DNA of 62,586 bases, filler included, from Rhabdomonas costata (taxonomy: Eukaryota), in assembly GCA_019059605.1 (NCBI GenBank). It is 37 parts of 37 records of this genome, joined end to end, with 100 filler letters (N's around TTAATTAATTAA, not from the genome) between each part and the next. Parts side by side here need not be neighbours in the genome. Positions count along the whole stretch, not along the records: positions 60,993 to 62,586 come from JAHMHO010012407.1; 36 more parts are not named here. One strand, 5' to 3'. Shown one piece after another: positions 61,199-62,586 of the stretch (position 1 is the first letter of the stretch; each line of letters starts with the position of its first letter). Both the position numbers and the translations under genes were made by a program. The notes under the pieces were generated by a model. It ran no database searches and was not told where the DNA came from. It worked only from the letters and a program-made list of their open reading frames with translations.

Positions 61199-62251
61199 TC
61201 TTTCTCTCGCAAAGCCTCAGGCGGCTCACAGAATTGGAAGGGGGGCTGCCGCAGAGGAAAGCTCACACAGCAGCGGACAAATACAAACGGAGGCGGCAGT
61301 GAGGTGGCCAAGACGGATATGGAAAGATGCCATTCGCACGGCAAGCCGCGCGCGGGCGGGAGGAGGGCATGAGCAGTGATGGGTGACGTGAACTCAACGG
61401 AGAGGGCGGGGGGTGGGATAGCACCCGAAACGTCTCTAAATCTAAGAGTGCGCAAATTTTGGCGCCCCCCCTCACCTGCAAAAAATGGTCAAGACTTCCG
61501 CCCCTTCAGAATTTCAGTCTGCAAGGGTGAATCTCAGGGCCAAAATGCTCTGGCTAAGACCATCCTCGCACTTTTGTGCCACGAGGATTGCTCCTTCAGC
61601 ACGATTCGCCAGACTCCGGTTGACCTGGGATACGGTTTCCTTGTGATCACGCCGCAGTCATTGAGAAAAGGATTTTATGACCACGGTGGCATTCTGGAGC
61701 CACCTTTCCACAATCTCTGGTACAAAAATCTGGGGTGTGGAAAAAGCCGAAAATGAATTGACTGATCCCCCGATGATACGACATTCCCCATCCTCTGCGA
61801 GAGTCCCGCACCTCCCGCTTCCCTTTGCCCACTTCCTTTCGTCCACCACCACCACCACCACCGTTCACCATTGGAGCCAAATCAACCCCGCACAAGGCAC
61901 GGAGTCTTCTCTCGGCAGTGCAGTTCAAAGGGGCGTGCGCAGGAAGTGCCTTCGCCGCGCACCGCACAAAAAATGTACGAAAGCCATAAAGGAGTAATCC
62001 TCTTTACCGAACCCTCCCTTCACCCCCAGAGACGGAAAGCCCAGAAAGACCCAACAGCAAAGAGCTGAAACAGAGACAGTGAAAGAGAGAGAATTGCAGC
62101 AGTGCAGCTGGGAAACAGATACTCATCCGCGGATGACGACAATGAACGCGGCGGAAAGCGGGCAACTCTTACCCTGCTACTTGGTAGCATACTATGTCTC
62201 GGTTTCTCCCCACCCACCTCCCCACTCGCAGAGCCTATCTCTCACACAACC

Positions 62252-62586
62252 TTACCATCCTCCGACGCTGGTGTACGTGGTGGTGGTGGTGGTGCCAAAG
62301 CCACTCCCAAAGCTGCTCGAGCCGAAGCTGCTTGTGGCCGCAGGGTAACCGCTGTAGCCGTAGCTGTAGCCGAAGTTGCTTGCGGCGACCGAAGGGATCC
62401 CTCCGGTGCCGCTGCTGCTGAGGTATCCCGTGGGACCCGCATTATAGCCGAAGAGGCCCCCCGAGGTGATGACTCCGCCCCCGCCACCGCTCCCGTCCGC
62501 CGGCTCGGGGTAGCCGCTGGGGGTCACTCGCATCAGTTGGCCCGTGTGCGGGTGGTTGAACAGCGCCCCCACCGTGGGCCGCTCCC
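62252..62586 (-). CDS. Same unknown protein, 3' half (adjacent repeat copy)
   Basis: ...GALFNHPHTGQLMRVTPSGYPEPADGSGGGGGVITSGGLFGYNAG...TTTTTTYTSVGGW*, with the stop at 62252-62254. Confidence 0.8.
   Translation of the reverse strand, partial: ERPTVGALFNHPHTGQLMRVTPSGYPEPADGSGGGGGVITSGGLFGYNAGPTGYLSSSGTGGIPSVAASNFGYSYGYSGYPAATSSFGSSSFGSGFGTTTTTTYTSVGGW

Larger units (their letters stand above)
60993..62586. repeat. 127-bp terminal direct repeat defining a 1467-bp tandem or circular unit
   Basis: 60993-61119 equals 62460-62586 with one mismatch (60998 T versus 62465 G). Confidence 0.95.

Overview
This is not a continuous locus. It is 37 unrelated contigs of about 1.59 kb each, joined by an artificial 100-nt spacer (44 N + TTAATTAATTAA + 44 N). 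Many contig ends are G/T-only at the 5' end and C/A-only at the 3' end, and some closely match the GenomePlex/PicoPLEX primer TGTGTTGGGTGTGTTTGG, which points to whole-genome-amplified, few-cell material. Most contigs come from an intron-rich flagellate eukaryote with GC-rich exons and very degenerate splice signals; a euglenozoan (euglenid) is the best guess, by inference only. The ORF track is therefore largely spurious, and I rebuilt genes by hand from exon phases. These are a dynein light chain LC8, eIF5A, topoisomerase II, a CELF/FCA-type RRM protein, a PDR-type ABCG transporter, an M50 peptidase, CNNM/DUF21, a GRDP-like protein, a CH-domain protein, a PIERCE-like axonemal protein, class III nucleotide cyclase and HAMP-receptor fragments, a GT15 mannosyltransferase and a nucleotide-sugar transporter. 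Standouts: (1) an intronless, very AT-rich, divergent eukaryote-type IleRS contig that looks like a giant virus (Mimiviridae/Klosneuvirinae-like) co-amplified with the host; (2) a 1467-bp tandem or circular unit encoding an unrecognised 137-aa protein with a duplicated motif and a G/S/Y-rich tail; (3) a GT15 mannosyltransferase next to a GDP-sugar-transporter-like gene; (4) several GC-AG introns and one candidate non-canonical junction; (5) a dispersed family of GTAGC-N4-GCTAC palindromes. No rRNA, tRNA or CRISPR array was recognised.
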